The notes beneath the pieces were generated by a model, which saw nothing but the letters and a program-made list of their open reading frames with translations, was not told the DNA's origin and ran no database searches. A stretch of DNA of 64,000 nucleotides, from assembly GCF_963921235.1 (NCBI RefSeq), contig NC_086108.1, forward strand, positions 82,710,001 through 82,774,000, written 5' to 3'. Of the stretch, positions 63,805 through 64,000 are shown one piece after another. Every line of letters begins with the position of its first letter. Within the stretch, counting starts at the first letter, position 1. The translations under genes were made by a program, and so were the position numbers. This DNA comes from Mobula hypostoma. Its lineage: Eukaryota.

Positions 63805-64000
63805 AACAAACAGCAGGAATTTTGCAGATGCTGGAAATTCAAGCAACACACATCAAAGTTGCTGGTGAACGCAGCAGGCCAGGCAACATCTCTAGGAAGA
63901 GGTACAGTCGACGTTTCAGACCAAGACCCTTCGTCAGGACTCAGCCTGAAACGTCGACTGTATCTCTTCCTAGAGATGCTGCCTGGCCTGCTGCGTTCAC
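63805..64000. mobile_element. Fold-back PLE terminus insertion running off the window end
   Basis: Inverted arms at 63865-63919 and 63946-64000. Confidence 0.85.
63906..63941 (-). ncRNA. Minimal type I hammerhead ribozyme
   Basis: The minus strand reads AGUC-CUGACGA-AGGGUCUUGGUCU-GAAA-CGUC^GACU. Confidence 0.8.

Noticed and set aside
1..64000. Prokaryotic systems (CRISPR arrays, operons, retrons, defence islands)
   Set aside because: The sequence is vertebrate repeat-rich DNA. There are no regularly spaced repeat-spacer arrays, and all RT fragments are LINE-type.

Overview
This is eukaryotic vertebrate DNA, not prokaryotic. The mix of CR1 LINEs, Rex1/Babar LINEs, V-domain tRNA SINEs and Neptune-type Penelope-like elements (PLEs) points to a cartilaginous fish, probably a ray (inference from repeat content). 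Most of the window is transposable-element sequence of different ages, and nearly all ORFs in the track are TE fragments or noise. Main features: (1) a dense family of PLE termini carrying minimal type I hammerhead ribozymes, with at least 4 copies whose core and stem I are intact and about 10 decayed copies; (2) young fold-back insertions of this family with 9-15 bp target-site duplications (TSDs), one containing a 199-bp tandem unit that resembles a retrozyme; (3) a three-level nest of PLE inside a nearly intact CR1 inside a Rex1/Babar LINE; (4) non-autonomous DNA transposons (Tc1, a hAT-like element with a 6-bp TSD, and Harbinger); (5) a tRNA-derived SINE with structured internal and 3' motifs; (6) a few phase-compatible candidate exons of an unidentified minus-strand gene, so the window is possibly mostly intronic. 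Boundaries of old repeats are approximate, and no database searches were run.
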